From Candidatus Limnocylindria bacterium (GTDB lineage Bacteria; Chloroflexota; Limnocylindria; QHBO01), in the NCBI GenBank assembly GCA_036397815.1, contig DASWIE010000062.1, positions 4,397 to 68,396 of the forward strand: a DNA stretch of 64,000 nt, in the 5' to 3' direction. The notes below the pieces were generated by a model that was not told the DNA's origin, ran no database searches, and was given only the letters and a program-made list of their open reading frames with translations. The first letter of the stretch is position 1. Every line of letters begins with the position of its first letter. This document shows positions 1 to 9,426 of this stretch, one piece after another. The position numbers and the translations under genes were made by a program.

Positions 1-68
1 CTTCGGCATGGGCCGATGGCCGCCGCCTGACGACTGACGAGGCGGTTGCCCTGGCCCTCTCGGCCTGA
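1..68 (+). CDS. 3' end of an unidentified CDS (partial, runs off the window start)
   Basis: Frame 3 reads ...SAWADGRRLTTDEAVALALSA followed by TGA at 66-68. Codons are GC3-rich. No start codon in the window and no family assignment is possible. Confidence 0.25.
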   Translation, partial: SAWADGRRLTTDEAVALALSA

Positions 69-231
69 GTGCCAGACTCCAACCCCGTGGATTCCAACCT
101 GAGCCGCTGCGACAGGTCCGCAATCCGTCTGCAACGGGCTGCCATCGGTGACGAACGGGGGCTCCCAGACAGCGGATAACTAGGGCTCGTTTGGTCGGCA
201 AGCGACGCTCGTGCCACAGCGCATCGGGGTA

Positions 232-274
232 TTTGGTCCGAAGCCACCCGCTCTGTCCGCTGAGCTACGGGCGC
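232..274 (-). pseudogene. tRNA-Arg(TCG)-like 5' half (acceptor, D arm and a degenerate anticodon arm only)
   Basis: Minus strand reads GCGCCCG TA GCTC AGCGGACA GAGC G GGTGG CTTCGGA CCAAA. The acceptor 5' strand and D arm are perfect. The anticodon stem has only 3 of 5 pairs. No T arm and no complementary CGGGCGC acceptor 3' strand follow. Confidence 0.3.
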
Positions 275-294
275 GCGAGCGCCCATTCTATCGG

Positions 295-3200
295 TCACAG
301 CTCGGAGAGGCGGGACTCGGCTCGTTCCAAATGCGGGGTGGCGCGGAGCTTGCGGTAGACGCCGATGGCCTCCTCGAGGAGCGCATTGGCCTCGGCCGGG
401 ACCGCTTCGGCCAGTGCCTCGCGGGTGCGCGCAGCTTCGAATGGTACTGGGATGCGGTCAAAGGCGGCGATCGCGCGACGCAGTGCCGCCACGCCCTCGT
501 CAGCGTCGCCCGACGCAAACAGCGTCCGGCCGTGCGCACGCTCGGCCAGGGCATCCAGCATCGGGTATCCCTGCCGCAGCTTTTCGAGGCGGGGAATGAC
601 CTCACGCAGCTCGTCCCAGGCCTCGGTCGCCTCGAGACCATCGAGTGCGGCGGCGGCGGCCTCTACCCATCGCCAGCGCGGTGCCTCCCGCAGGACGTTG
701 CGCGCGAGCTTGAGGCCCTCCCCGGTCGCGCCGCTCGCCACGAGAGCACCCGCCACCAGGCCCTCGACCGGGCCGGGAAGCTGCTCTTCCCAGAAGTGCG
801 ATCGGCGGGCGAGCGCCATCGCTCGTTCGGTATCGCCGCGGCGCGCGACGACGAGGGCCCCGAGACTCGGCCCGCCCTGGATGGCGATGCAGCGGACAGT
901 GGCCTCGAGTTCATGATTGGCGAGGTGCTCATCCAGGACCCGCTCCACCTCGTCCCATTCCCCCAGCGCGTGGGCAGCCCGGATGACGGCGAAGCTGGCG
1001 TGCATCTGATCGTGGGGTGACAGATCCCGTGCCAGCTCGCGGGACTGGCGGGCGAGCTCCAGCGACCGCACCACGTCGCCGCCAAACTCGAAGATCGAGG
1101 TCGCGGCCTCCGAGTAGTCGGACGATCGGCGCGCGGGTGACGAGATCCGCTCGATCGCCGGCAGCGCCTCCTCCATCACGCGCAGTGCGTCGGCGTATTC
1201 ACCCTGGACCATATGCAGGTCGGTGAGGATGTCGGCGGCGATGAACCTGAGCGTCGGATCGTCAAGCTCGTCGGCGATCCGAGTCGCCTCACGGGCGGCG
1301 GCCACACGCTGCTCCATCGGAATCGGATCGTCTCGGTCGCGCACGCTGAGCCATCTCGCAGCCATGCCCGCGAGCGCGACGAGGAGCGTTGCGCGCTCAC
1401 GCCGGTCCTCCACGACCGCGAGCCCCTCGGCGATGAGAGCATCCGCGCTCACGAGGTCGGGCGGCTCGCGGAACGAGCCCGCCCGCACCGATACCATCGT
1501 GCCCCCTCGCCGGGCCAGCGACGCGACGCGCGCGCGCTCGCCCGGGTCACGCCGCGCGATCTCGAGCGCGGCGTTGAAGGCGGCGAGCGCCTCGTCTCCG
1601 TGGAACGCAACCTCGTGATCGCGGCCGATCTGCTCGAAGGCGTCGAGCCGTTCCGCATCGGAGCTGGCCGCCGAGCGTGCCTGCTCGTGCAGCTCGGCCG
1701 CGCGGTCGGTGGCGAACCGCCGGCGGGCCGCTCGTCCAGCGGCGATAAGCGCCGCGAACGCCCGGCGGCGGAGGTCCTCCCTGGCAGCTGGATCGTCGAG
1801 CCAGGCAAGGTCGGAATCGTCACCCGCCACCGCGGTCCAGTAGTGGTGGGCGATCAGCTCGGCGAGCTCATCCGAGCGGTCTGCGGCCAACTTCTCGATC
1901 CAGGCCGCCACCTCGGCGTGCGCACGAGCACGCCGAGCCTTCGGCAGGCTCGCATATGCGACGTCGCGCACCAGGGCGTGCTTGAAGATGTACTCGGTCT
2001 GTCCCACCAGGGTGCTCATCGGTCGCACGAAGATCAGGCCCTTGCGCTCCAGGCTGATGAGGGCTTCGGCCACATCCTCGCCGCTCAACGCCTCGTCGAC
2101 GGGCGCGGCCCAGAAGGTCCGGCCGATGACGGCCGCTTCCTGAAGGGCGCGCCGCTCGATCGGCGCCAGGGCGTCTACCCTGGCTGACAGGAGCGCCTGC
2201 ACGCTGTCCGGGATCGGCGCCACGTCGATCGCGCGCACGGCGCGCCATCGGTCTCCATCCTGGGCGAGCGCCCCCTCGTCGATCAGCCGCTGGATGATCT
2301 CCTCAACGAAGAACGGGTTGCCTTCTGCCTTGGCCAGGATCTCCGCGCGCAGCGCGTCCGGGATCTCGGCGACCTCCAAAAGCCGCTCCAGCATCTCGCC
2401 GCTCTGGCGTTCCGTGAGTGGGCGGAGCGAGATCGCGGCGGCCGACTCGCCACCCGCCGGGAACCCCGGGTGTGACTCCGCGAACTCCGGGCGGGCCGTG
2501 GCCAGCAGGACGAGTGATCCATCGGTGCGGGTCGCGATCCGTTCGAGCATCTCGAGCACCGGCTCGCCAGCCCAGTGGAGGTCTTCGACCACCCAAACCG
2601 CCGGGCCGTTGGCGGCGCATGCGGTCGCGAAGCGCGGCCAGGCGCGAGCCAGGTCTTCAGCAGTGATCGCCGAGGCAGGCCCCGCGTCGAGCTGAATGCC
2701 GGCCGTCATCGCCAGCGCCGCGGCCGTCACCTCGACCTCGCCAGGAGGCAGGTTCAACGGCTCGAGCAGCTGGGCGAGGCGCTCGCGCAGGCGTTCGCGG
2801 ACGAGGTCGACCGGCTCGTCGAGACCGATCTCGCAGGCGCCACGCAGGATCTCTGCCAGCGCCCAGTAGGTGATCCCGTGCCCCACCGCCAGGCATCGGC
2901 CGCGGAGCACGCTGACATCCGGATACTGCGCATCGGCCGCCGCCAGGAACTCGCTGCCGAGGCGCGTCTTGCCAATCCCGGCCGGTCCGTAGAGCACCAC
3001 CATCCGCGGACGCCGCGCCTCGACCGCGTCGTCGAGCAGCCCGAGTAGGGTCGCCAGCTCGTGTTCGCGCCCGATCAGCGGGGCACGTAGCCCACGAACG
3101 CCCCGCACGCCGCGCGCAGCCTCGGGCAGGACGCCGAGGACCGGGCTCGCGCGCAGAGGCTGGGCCTTGCCCTTCAGCGCAAGCGTCATCGGAGCGTCGA

Positions 3201-3717
3201 ACCGAAACTCGCGTCGCGCCGCCGCGCGGGTCCGCTCGCCGACCAGGATCATCCCGGGCTCCGCGGCCTGCTCCAGCCGAGCGGCGACGTTGACCGCGTC
3301 ACCGGCCACGAGCCCGTGATCCGGCGCGTCGCCGATCGGAGCGACCACCTCCCCGGAGTTCACGCCGATGCGAACCTGCAGGGTCACGTGATGCTGCCGT
3401 TCGAAGTCGACGTTCAACTCGGCCAGCCGCGTCCGCATCTCGAGCGCCGCATGGAGGGCTCGCTCGGCGTCATCCTCCCGCACGGTTGGTACGCCGAAGA
3501 CCGCCATGACGGCATCGCCGATGTATTTCTCCACCGTGCCGCCCCACGATTCGATCACCGCCGCCATGGCGACGAAATACGCGCCGAGCAGCGTCCGGAG
3601 CCGTTCGGGGTCGAGCTGTTCGCCAAGCGACGTTGAGCCGGTGACGTCGGCGAACAGGATCGTGACGATCTTCCGCGCTTCGCTGCTGCCTGGGCTGGCG
3701 ACAGGGGGGCCCGCCAT
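295..3717 (-). CDS. Class III adenylate/guanylate cyclase fused to a STAND-type P-loop NTPase and a TPR-like helical-repeat region
   Basis: 1140 aa. N-terminal cyclase core (ILFADVTGST, EKYIGDAVMAVFG, GDAVNVAARLE). Walker A GPAGIGKT and Walker B VWVVEDLHWA. Long Ala/Leu/Arg-rich helical C-terminus with no recognisable HTH at the end. Confidence 0.85.
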   Translation of the reverse strand: MAGPPVASPGSSEARKIVTILFADVTGSTSLGEQLDPERLRTLLGAYFVAMAAVIESWGGTVEKYIGDAVMAVFGVPTVREDDAERALHAALEMRTRLAELNVDFERQHHVTLQVRIGVNSGEVVAPIGDAPDHGLVAGDAVNVAARLEQAAEPGMILVGERTRAAARREFRFDAPMTLALKGKAQPLRASPVLGVLPEAARGVRGVRGLRAPLIGREHELATLLGLLDDAVEARRPRMVVLYGPAGIGKTRLGSEFLAAADAQYPDVSVLRGRCLAVGHGITYWALAEILRGACEIGLDEPVDLVRERLRERLAQLLEPLNLPPGEVEVTAAALAMTAGIQLDAGPASAITAEDLARAWPRFATACAANGPAVWVVEDLHWAGEPVLEMLERIATRTDGSLVLLATARPEFAESHPGFPAGGESAAAISLRPLTERQSGEMLERLLEVAEIPDALRAEILAKAEGNPFFVEEIIQRLIDEGALAQDGDRWRAVRAIDVAPIPDSVQALLSARVDALAPIERRALQEAAVIGRTFWAAPVDEALSGEDVAEALISLERKGLIFVRPMSTLVGQTEYIFKHALVRDVAYASLPKARRARAHAEVAAWIEKLAADRSDELAELIAHHYWTAVAGDDSDLAWLDDPAAREDLRRRAFAALIAAGRAARRRFATDRAAELHEQARSAASSDAERLDAFEQIGRDHEVAFHGDEALAAFNAALEIARRDPGERARVASLARRGGTMVSVRAGSFREPPDLVSADALIAEGLAVVEDRRERATLLVALAGMAARWLSVRDRDDPIPMEQRVAAAREATRIADELDDPTLRFIAADILTDLHMVQGEYADALRVMEEALPAIERISSPARRSSDYSEAATSIFEFGGDVVRSLELARQSRELARDLSPHDQMHASFAVIRAAHALGEWDEVERVLDEHLANHELEATVRCIAIQGGPSLGALVVARRGDTERAMALARRSHFWEEQLPGPVEGLVAGALVASGATGEGLKLARNVLREAPRWRWVEAAAAALDGLEATEAWDELREVIPRLEKLRQGYPMLDALAERAHGRTLFASGDADEGVAALRRAIAAFDRIPVPFEAARTREALAEAVPAEANALLEEAIGVYRKLRATPHLERAESRLSEL

Positions 3718-3793
3718 GCCTTGGAGTCTACTGTCCTCCGGCCGTGATGCGCCCGCTACACTCCCCGGCAGACCGCCGCGCTTGGAGCGACCG

Positions 3794-4261
3794 ATGAATC
3801 AGCAGGCACCCGACGCCGACACGCTCTCAGGCACAGGGCGACCGGCGCAGGTCACCGTTGGCGCCGCAGTGCTGATCGCCTTCGGGGCGTTCATCAGCCT
3901 GGTCGGGCTGGCGCTGGCAGTCCTGGGAGGCCTCTTCCTGGACCTCGACAACCTCCCAACCTGGGTTGATCCGCCGACCGCCGAGTTCCGGGCGCTCTCG
4001 ATCCTCGTAGCCGGCGCCGCCCTGGCCTTCGGGATCGTCCAGGTGGTGGCCGGCGTCCAGATCATGCGCGGCAGGAGCTGGGCCCAGGTCATTGGCATCG
4101 TCCTGGCGCTGGTGGGGGCGTTGGTCGCCGGGCTCGGCCTGTTGCAGGGGTTCGGTGCGAGCGCGACCGGCGTGACGACCATCTTCCTGCCAATCGTGGT
4201 GGCGTACCTGTACGCCGCCTGGGGCTTCGCGACCGCACCGGGGTGGTTCGTCCGGACCTGA
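3794..4261 (+). CDS. Small integral membrane protein (about 4 TM), unknown function
   Basis: In-frame ATG at 3794 within track ORF 3506..4261; the upstream part overlaps the cyclase gene. 155 aa with four hydrophobic Gly/Ala/Val/Leu-rich helices. Divergent from the cyclase gene. Confidence 0.55.
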   Translation: MNQQAPDADTLSGTGRPAQVTVGAAVLIAFGAFISLVGLALAVLGGLFLDLDNLPTWVDPPTAEFRALSILVAGAALAFGIVQVVAGVQIMRGRSWAQVIGIVLALVGALVAGLGLLQGFGASATGVTTIFLPIVVAYLYAAWGFATAPGWFVRT

Positions 4262-4273
4262 CGGCCGGACCGG

Positions 4274-4438
4274 TCAGCTGCGCGGCTGGATCGCCACCAC
4301 CCGCAGCGCCAGCAGCGTGACGAGCACGCCCGCTCCGATAACGAGGACGCCGGCCAGGTCCTGGGCCGAGCCGAGAACGATCAGGAAGCCCGCGGCGGAG
4401 ATCGCGATTCCCCCCAACAGCGACAGGATCGATCGCAT
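4274..4438 (-). CDS. Small two-TM membrane protein (hypothetical)
   Basis: Internal ATG at 4438 of track ORF 4274..4498 gives the 54-aa product MRSILSLLGGIAISAAGFLIVLG...VLVTLLALRVV. No homology recognised. Confidence 0.35.
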   Translation of the reverse strand: MRSILSLLGGIAISAAGFLIVLGSAQDLAGVLVIGAGVLVTLLALRVVAIQPRS

Positions 4439-4568
4439 GGGTCGCCCTCCCGATGCACGTGGCGCCGCCGGTGGGCAGTGCCGGCGGCAGGCCCTCATGC
4501 TGGGGTGGCTCGAGCATCTGCGCAGTGGTCCATTCGGGCTGCCGGCCCCCGGACCGATGGGCGGGGAT

Positions 4569-4994
4569 CTACCAGAGGTTCAGGCCGGTCACCTCGTCGG
4601 GCGTCCGCTCGAGCTCGACGCCCGTCATCTCCCGGATCGTGACCTCGCCGGCGAAGATCTCGCAGCCGCGCAACAGGTGCCCGCCGATCGCCGCGCCGGC
4701 CGCGTCGCAGAAGGTGGCGTGGGCATGCAGGAAGGGGTGGCCGTCTCGGATCGAGATGTTGCCGATGAAGCCGGTGATCTCATGATGTGTCTCGCTGCCG
4801 AGGGGGAGGTATCGGGCCGCCTCCTGGTCGTAGTAGGCGAACGAAGCGCGCCGTACCGCGCCGATGACGCTCACCCACGCCGCGCGGATCTCCCGCTCGG
4901 CGCAGAAGCGCTCGATCTCTTCGACCAGGTCGCTGCCCTGCCCCAGCCGCCCGACGAAGGCGCGGCCCGCGGCGGCCTCCCACCAGGTGCTCAT
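4569..4994 (-). CDS. PPC (DUF296) domain protein
   Basis: Only the last 141 aa of track ORF 4569..6155 look real. They show the PPC pattern EITGFIGNISIRDGHPFLHAHATFCDAAGAAIGGHLLRGCEIFAGEVTI. ATG at 4994 overlaps the permease stop as ATGA (4991-4994). Confidence 0.75.
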   Translation of the reverse strand: MSTWWEAAAGRAFVGRLGQGSDLVEEIERFCAEREIRAAWVSVIGAVRRASFAYYDQEAARYLPLGSETHHEITGFIGNISIRDGHPFLHAHATFCDAAGAAIGGHLLRGCEIFAGEVTIREMTGVELERTPDEVTGLNLW

Positions 4995-7534
4995 TCGAAG
5001 TGCTTCAGGCTGCCGGTGATCGAGGTACGCGCCGCGACACGGGCCGGATAGATGCCGGCCGCCGACGACACGCCGATCCCCAGCAGGACCACCGCCACCA
5101 GCAGCGGCCATGGCACCGCGAGGCCGGCCGCGAAGTCGCCCGGCGCCCCGAAGGTGACCGTGGCCCACGCGATCAGCAACCCGGTGGCCACGGCTGCCAG
5201 GCCGCCGACCGCGCCCATGATGGCCGCCTCCGAGACGACCATCGCCTGCACCTGTCCGACGGTCATGCCGTGCGAGCGCAGGATGGCGATCTCCCGCGCC
5301 CGCTCGACGACCCCCATGGCGAGGGTGTTGATGATTCCCAGCGACCCGATCAGCACCGCCAGCAGCGCCAGGACGTCGAAGAGGCCGATCAGCCGATCGA
5401 GCGACCGCCCCAGCTCCTCGGCGAGGTCGGCAGCCGTCAGCGGGATGGCGGCCAGTTGCTGTGCCGTCAGGGCGACCGCCTCGCGGAACGCATCGGGCGT
5501 GATCCCCTCCTGCGGAACAAGCGCCCAGAGGCCGGCATCGGTGGCCCCGAAGCGGTCGCGCGCGTCGGCCAGGCTGATCAGCAGCGCGCCGTCGGCGCCG
5601 CGGGTCGGCAGGGAGTAGGCCACCACACCGGCAACCCGGAACTCCTGCGCCTCGCCGCCCGGCCGCGCCAGCTGGATGCTGTCCCCCACCGAGAGCCCGT
5701 CCCGGCGCGCCACGGGCTCCGGCAGCAGGACGGCACCGCCGTCGCGCAGCGCCTCGAAGGCCGTGCTGCGGCGTCCCTCGACCACGATCAGCGAATCGCT
5801 GTCCTGGAAGACGGTCGGGTCGATGCCGGCGATCGCGACCTCGCGCTGCCCATCCGCGTCGATGGCGACGGCGGGAAGCTCGACGATCGGGGTCGCGGTC
5901 GCCACGCCGCTGATCCCCTCGAAGGTGGGTCGCACCAGCTCGATGTCGTCCGGCGTGCCCAATCGGATGGCGTAGCCACCGGGCAGGATGGAGCCCACCC
6001 ATCGGTCTGCCGTCGCCCGTGCGCTGGCTGAGACCGCGCCAAGGGCCACCACCGACGCCAGTCCGATCACCAGCGCGCCCACGGTCAGGCCGGTGCGCAC
6101 CCGGTCGCGCGCCAGGTTGGCGCCCCCCAGCAGGCCCTCGGCACCGAAGAACCACTCGAATGGGCGCCCGACCAGCACCGCCAGGGGTTGGAGCGCGAGC
6201 GCGACCAGCAGCGTGCCGGCCAGGAGCAGGCCGACCACCAGGAGGAGGCTGCCGGTGGAGGCGCTGCCGCGGTCCAACGGGTAGGCGACGAAGCCGATCA
6301 CGACCGTCAGCAGCACCAGGCCGATCAGCCAGGGCAGCCGAGCGCCCAGGGTCCGGGCCGGTTGGCGGGATGGCCGCAACGCGTCGAGCGGCGAGACTCG
6401 AGAGGCGACGATGGCGGGCACCGCCGCCCCGATCAGCGTCACCCCGGCGCCGAGCAGGAACGCGAGCGCCATCGCGCCCGGATGGAACGGCAGGCCGGTC
6501 ACCAGCACGGCGCGGGTGGAGCGCAGGAAGTTGATCACCAGGCCGGCCAGCGCCACACCAAGCACGATGCCGGGCAGCCCGCCGAGCAGCGCCAGGATGA
6601 CGCCCTGCCGGACGAAGAGGTCGAGCACCTGGCGCGAGGTGGTGCCGGCGGCGCGCAGGAGGCCGATCTCCCGCGTTCGCTCGGTGAGGACCATCGCCAG
6701 CGTGTTGGCGACCAGGAAGGCACCCACGGCCAGCGCGACGAGGCCGAAGAGGAAGGCGAGCCCGGCAAAGCCCGCCTGCGCTCGAGCGAACTCCAGCTCC
6801 GCGTCGGCGACCGTCTCGACCACGAACGGCTCGGTCAGGCTGGCGTCGAGCGCGGCCTGCACGTCGGGTGCGCGTCCGTCGGCGACCTCGAGGTCGACGT
6901 ACCGGATCGGTGCCGGGACCACGAAGGCGCCGGCCAGGAAGTCGCGCTGCAGGACCGCCACCGAGCCGGCGGCGAGGGCGCCGATGCCGGTGTCGCCGAG
7001 CAGCCCGACGATCCGGTTCCCGCCCACCCCATCGCGGCGGGCATCGAGGCGCAGCTCGTCGCCCACCTCCAGCCCATTCGCGCGGGCAAGGGCGGCGTTG
7101 ACGAGCATGCCGTCGGGCTGCGCCGGGTCAAGGAAGCTCCCCGCCACGAGCTCGTACGAGCGGATCCGCTCCTCGTCCGCGGGGTCGACGCCAAGGACCA
7201 GGGAGACGGTGATCACCTTCTCGTCGGGGCCCGGCGGCGTGTGGAGCGTGATGCCGCGCCGCTCCGAGACCGCCGCCGCGTTCAGGACGCCGGGGATCTG
7301 GCGCAGGGTCGTGACGGTGCGGGGCGTGAAGCCCTCCTCGTTGAAGGCGCGGACGCGAAGCTCGGCGGAGCCGAAGAGCTCCTGTGCCGCCCGGCGGACC
7401 GCCTCGGTCGCCGCCTGGCTGGCGATGAGCGCGGCGGCCACGATCGCGATGCCCAGCGCGATGCCGGCTGCGGTGAGCGCGGTGCGGAGCGGCCGTGCCA
7501 CGAGCCCGCGCCAGGCGAGCGCGCGCAGCCGCAT
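4991..7534 (-). CDS. ABC transporter permease, double FtsX-domain (MacB/YbbP-like)
   Basis: 847 aa. Two FtsX-type 4-TM modules, each preceded by a large extracytoplasmic segment. Immediately downstream of the ATPase gene. Confidence 0.85.
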   Translation of the reverse strand: MRLRALAWRGLVARPLRTALTAAGIALGIAIVAAALIASQAATEAVRRAAQELFGSAELRVRAFNEEGFTPRTVTTLRQIPGVLNAAAVSERRGITLHTPPGPDEKVITVSLVLGVDPADEERIRSYELVAGSFLDPAQPDGMLVNAALARANGLEVGDELRLDARRDGVGGNRIVGLLGDTGIGALAAGSVAVLQRDFLAGAFVVPAPIRYVDLEVADGRAPDVQAALDASLTEPFVVETVADAELEFARAQAGFAGLAFLFGLVALAVGAFLVANTLAMVLTERTREIGLLRAAGTTSRQVLDLFVRQGVILALLGGLPGIVLGVALAGLVINFLRSTRAVLVTGLPFHPGAMALAFLLGAGVTLIGAAVPAIVASRVSPLDALRPSRQPARTLGARLPWLIGLVLLTVVIGFVAYPLDRGSASTGSLLLVVGLLLAGTLLVALALQPLAVLVGRPFEWFFGAEGLLGGANLARDRVRTGLTVGALVIGLASVVALGAVSASARATADRWVGSILPGGYAIRLGTPDDIELVRPTFEGISGVATATPIVELPAVAIDADGQREVAIAGIDPTVFQDSDSLIVVEGRRSTAFEALRDGGAVLLPEPVARRDGLSVGDSIQLARPGGEAQEFRVAGVVAYSLPTRGADGALLISLADARDRFGATDAGLWALVPQEGITPDAFREAVALTAQQLAAIPLTAADLAEELGRSLDRLIGLFDVLALLAVLIGSLGIINTLAMGVVERAREIAILRSHGMTVGQVQAMVVSEAAIMGAVGGLAAVATGLLIAWATVTFGAPGDFAAGLAVPWPLLVAVVLLGIGVSSAAGIYPARVAARTSITGSLKHFE

Positions 7535-7538
7535 CGGC

Positions 7539-8285
<747 letters not shown>

Positions 8286-8322
8286 CCCCGGCAGTCTAGT
8301 CGAGGCGGCGTCGCGGAATGGC

Positions 8323-9240
8323 TTAGAAGAAGAAGCCGATGAGGGAGCCGAGCACCGTCTCGAAGAGCCCCTGCTCGGTGGCGGCCGAGGCATGGATGCG
8401 CAGCTGGCTGGCGACCTGCACCGGGTCCGCGCCGTCGCTCGATGGCTGCGGGTCGTCCCAGGTCATGGCCCGCACGGCCGCCGGGGACGGGGCGTCGGTC
8501 GCGGCCGCAACCACCGCCAGGCCGTCGAGCGGCTGCGAGGGCCTGGGCGCGGTGGGGGCATCGACGGTGAAGGCCTTGGGCGCCGGAGCCGCGGGCGCTG
8601 CCGGCCGGCTCGAGCCGCCGGACGACCCGCCGCCGCCACCTCCGCCGCCGGGTGGAGGAGGAGGTGCGGGGGCCGTGGCCGAGGCGGCCTGCATGAACAG
8701 CTCGGTGTACATGCGCGGGCTGCGGAGCTTGCCCAGGAAGTCGATGTTGTCAGCCGCGTACGCGCCCACCCCACCATGGGTGAAGGCGGCCGTCAGGACG
8801 TTGGCGCGGTGTCCCGGCGAAGCCATGAAGCCCTCGTGGATCTTGACCGGAGACTCGTCGTCGGTGAAGCCGTTGTTCCAGCCGATGTTCTCTCCGCCAA
8901 ACGTGTAGCGCAGGCCGCTGGTGTCGTACCAGTGGTAGACCTGGTACCCGGTCCCCGCGATGACGTGATCGAAGTAGTTGCGATCCAGCATGTCCTGGCT
9001 GCGCCATCGGGCCAGGTTGACCAGGGTTCCGTGCTGCTGGACGGCAGGCAGGCCGTTGTTGACCCGCGCTCCGTTCATCAGCTGCCAGAGCGTGCCCTCG
9101 GCGGCACCCTGGTTCCAGCCCGTGGCTGGCCCTGGAGTCCACGCGAAGACGGCCGCGGCCAGCAGGGCGGTCCCCGCCAGACCCACGCCGCGGGCAACGG
9201 TGCGGTGCGGGCTGGGACGGCGAACGAGGGTAACGGTCAA
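8323..9240 (-). CDS. Secreted CAP/SCP (YkwD-like) domain protein with a Pro/Gly/Ala-rich tail
   Basis: 305 aa. TTG start with AGGAGA about 12 nt upstream. N-terminal hydrophobic signal. CAP motifs (NGLPAV...RWRSQDMLDRNYFDH; SPGHRANVL). Low-complexity segment PPPPPGGGGGGGGSSGGSS. Confidence 0.8.
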   Translation of the reverse strand: MTVTLVRRPSPHRTVARGVGLAGTALLAAAVFAWTPGPATGWNQGAAEGTLWQLMNGARVNNGLPAVQQHGTLVNLARWRSQDMLDRNYFDHVIAGTGYQVYHWYDTSGLRYTFGGENIGWNNGFTDDESPVKIHEGFMASPGHRANVLTAAFTHGGVGAYAADNIDFLGKLRSPRMYTELFMQAASATAPAPPPPPGGGGGGGGSSGGSSRPAAPAAPAPKAFTVDAPTAPRPSQPLDGLAVVAAATDAPSPAAVRAMTWDDPQPSSDGADPVQVASQLRIHASAATEQGLFETVLGSLIGFFF

Positions 9241-9426
9241 CAGAGCAGGCTCTCCTGAGCACGAGCAGCAGTTGACTTGACCTTAGGGTTCCCCTCCTGA
9301 TCGGTCTGTAGTGCGGTCGTCCCGTCAGACCACGTGACCAAGGTGCCGCTACGTCAGGGGATGACCCAGTACGATCGGTCCAGGACACGGTCGTGGCGAC
9401 CCGCGGTCGCAGGCCACGGCCCCGGC

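Noticed and set aside
69-231. Attempt to assemble a complete, intron-containing tRNA from the 5' half at 232-274 and the T-arm-like string at about 95-125
   Set aside because: No sequence complementary to the acceptor 5' strand (needs CGGGCGC) occurs downstream. The T-like loop reads TTGGAAT with a non-pairing stem. The spacing is too short for a group I intron.
4995-6155. N-terminal 387 aa of track ORF 4569..6155
   Set aside because: This part overlaps the FtsX-family permease gene in another frame and is Arg/Gly/Pro-rich nonsense. Only the C-terminal 141 aa form a PPC domain, and an ATG there overlaps the permease stop as ATGA.
8590-8680. GC-rich repetitive stretch (ccgccgccacctccgccgccgggtggaggaggagg) considered as a tandem repeat or CRISPR-like element
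   Set aside because: It lies inside the CAP-protein ORF. It simply encodes the poly-Pro/poly-Gly/Ser linker (PPPPPGGGGGGGGSSGGSS), with no spacer-repeat periodicity.
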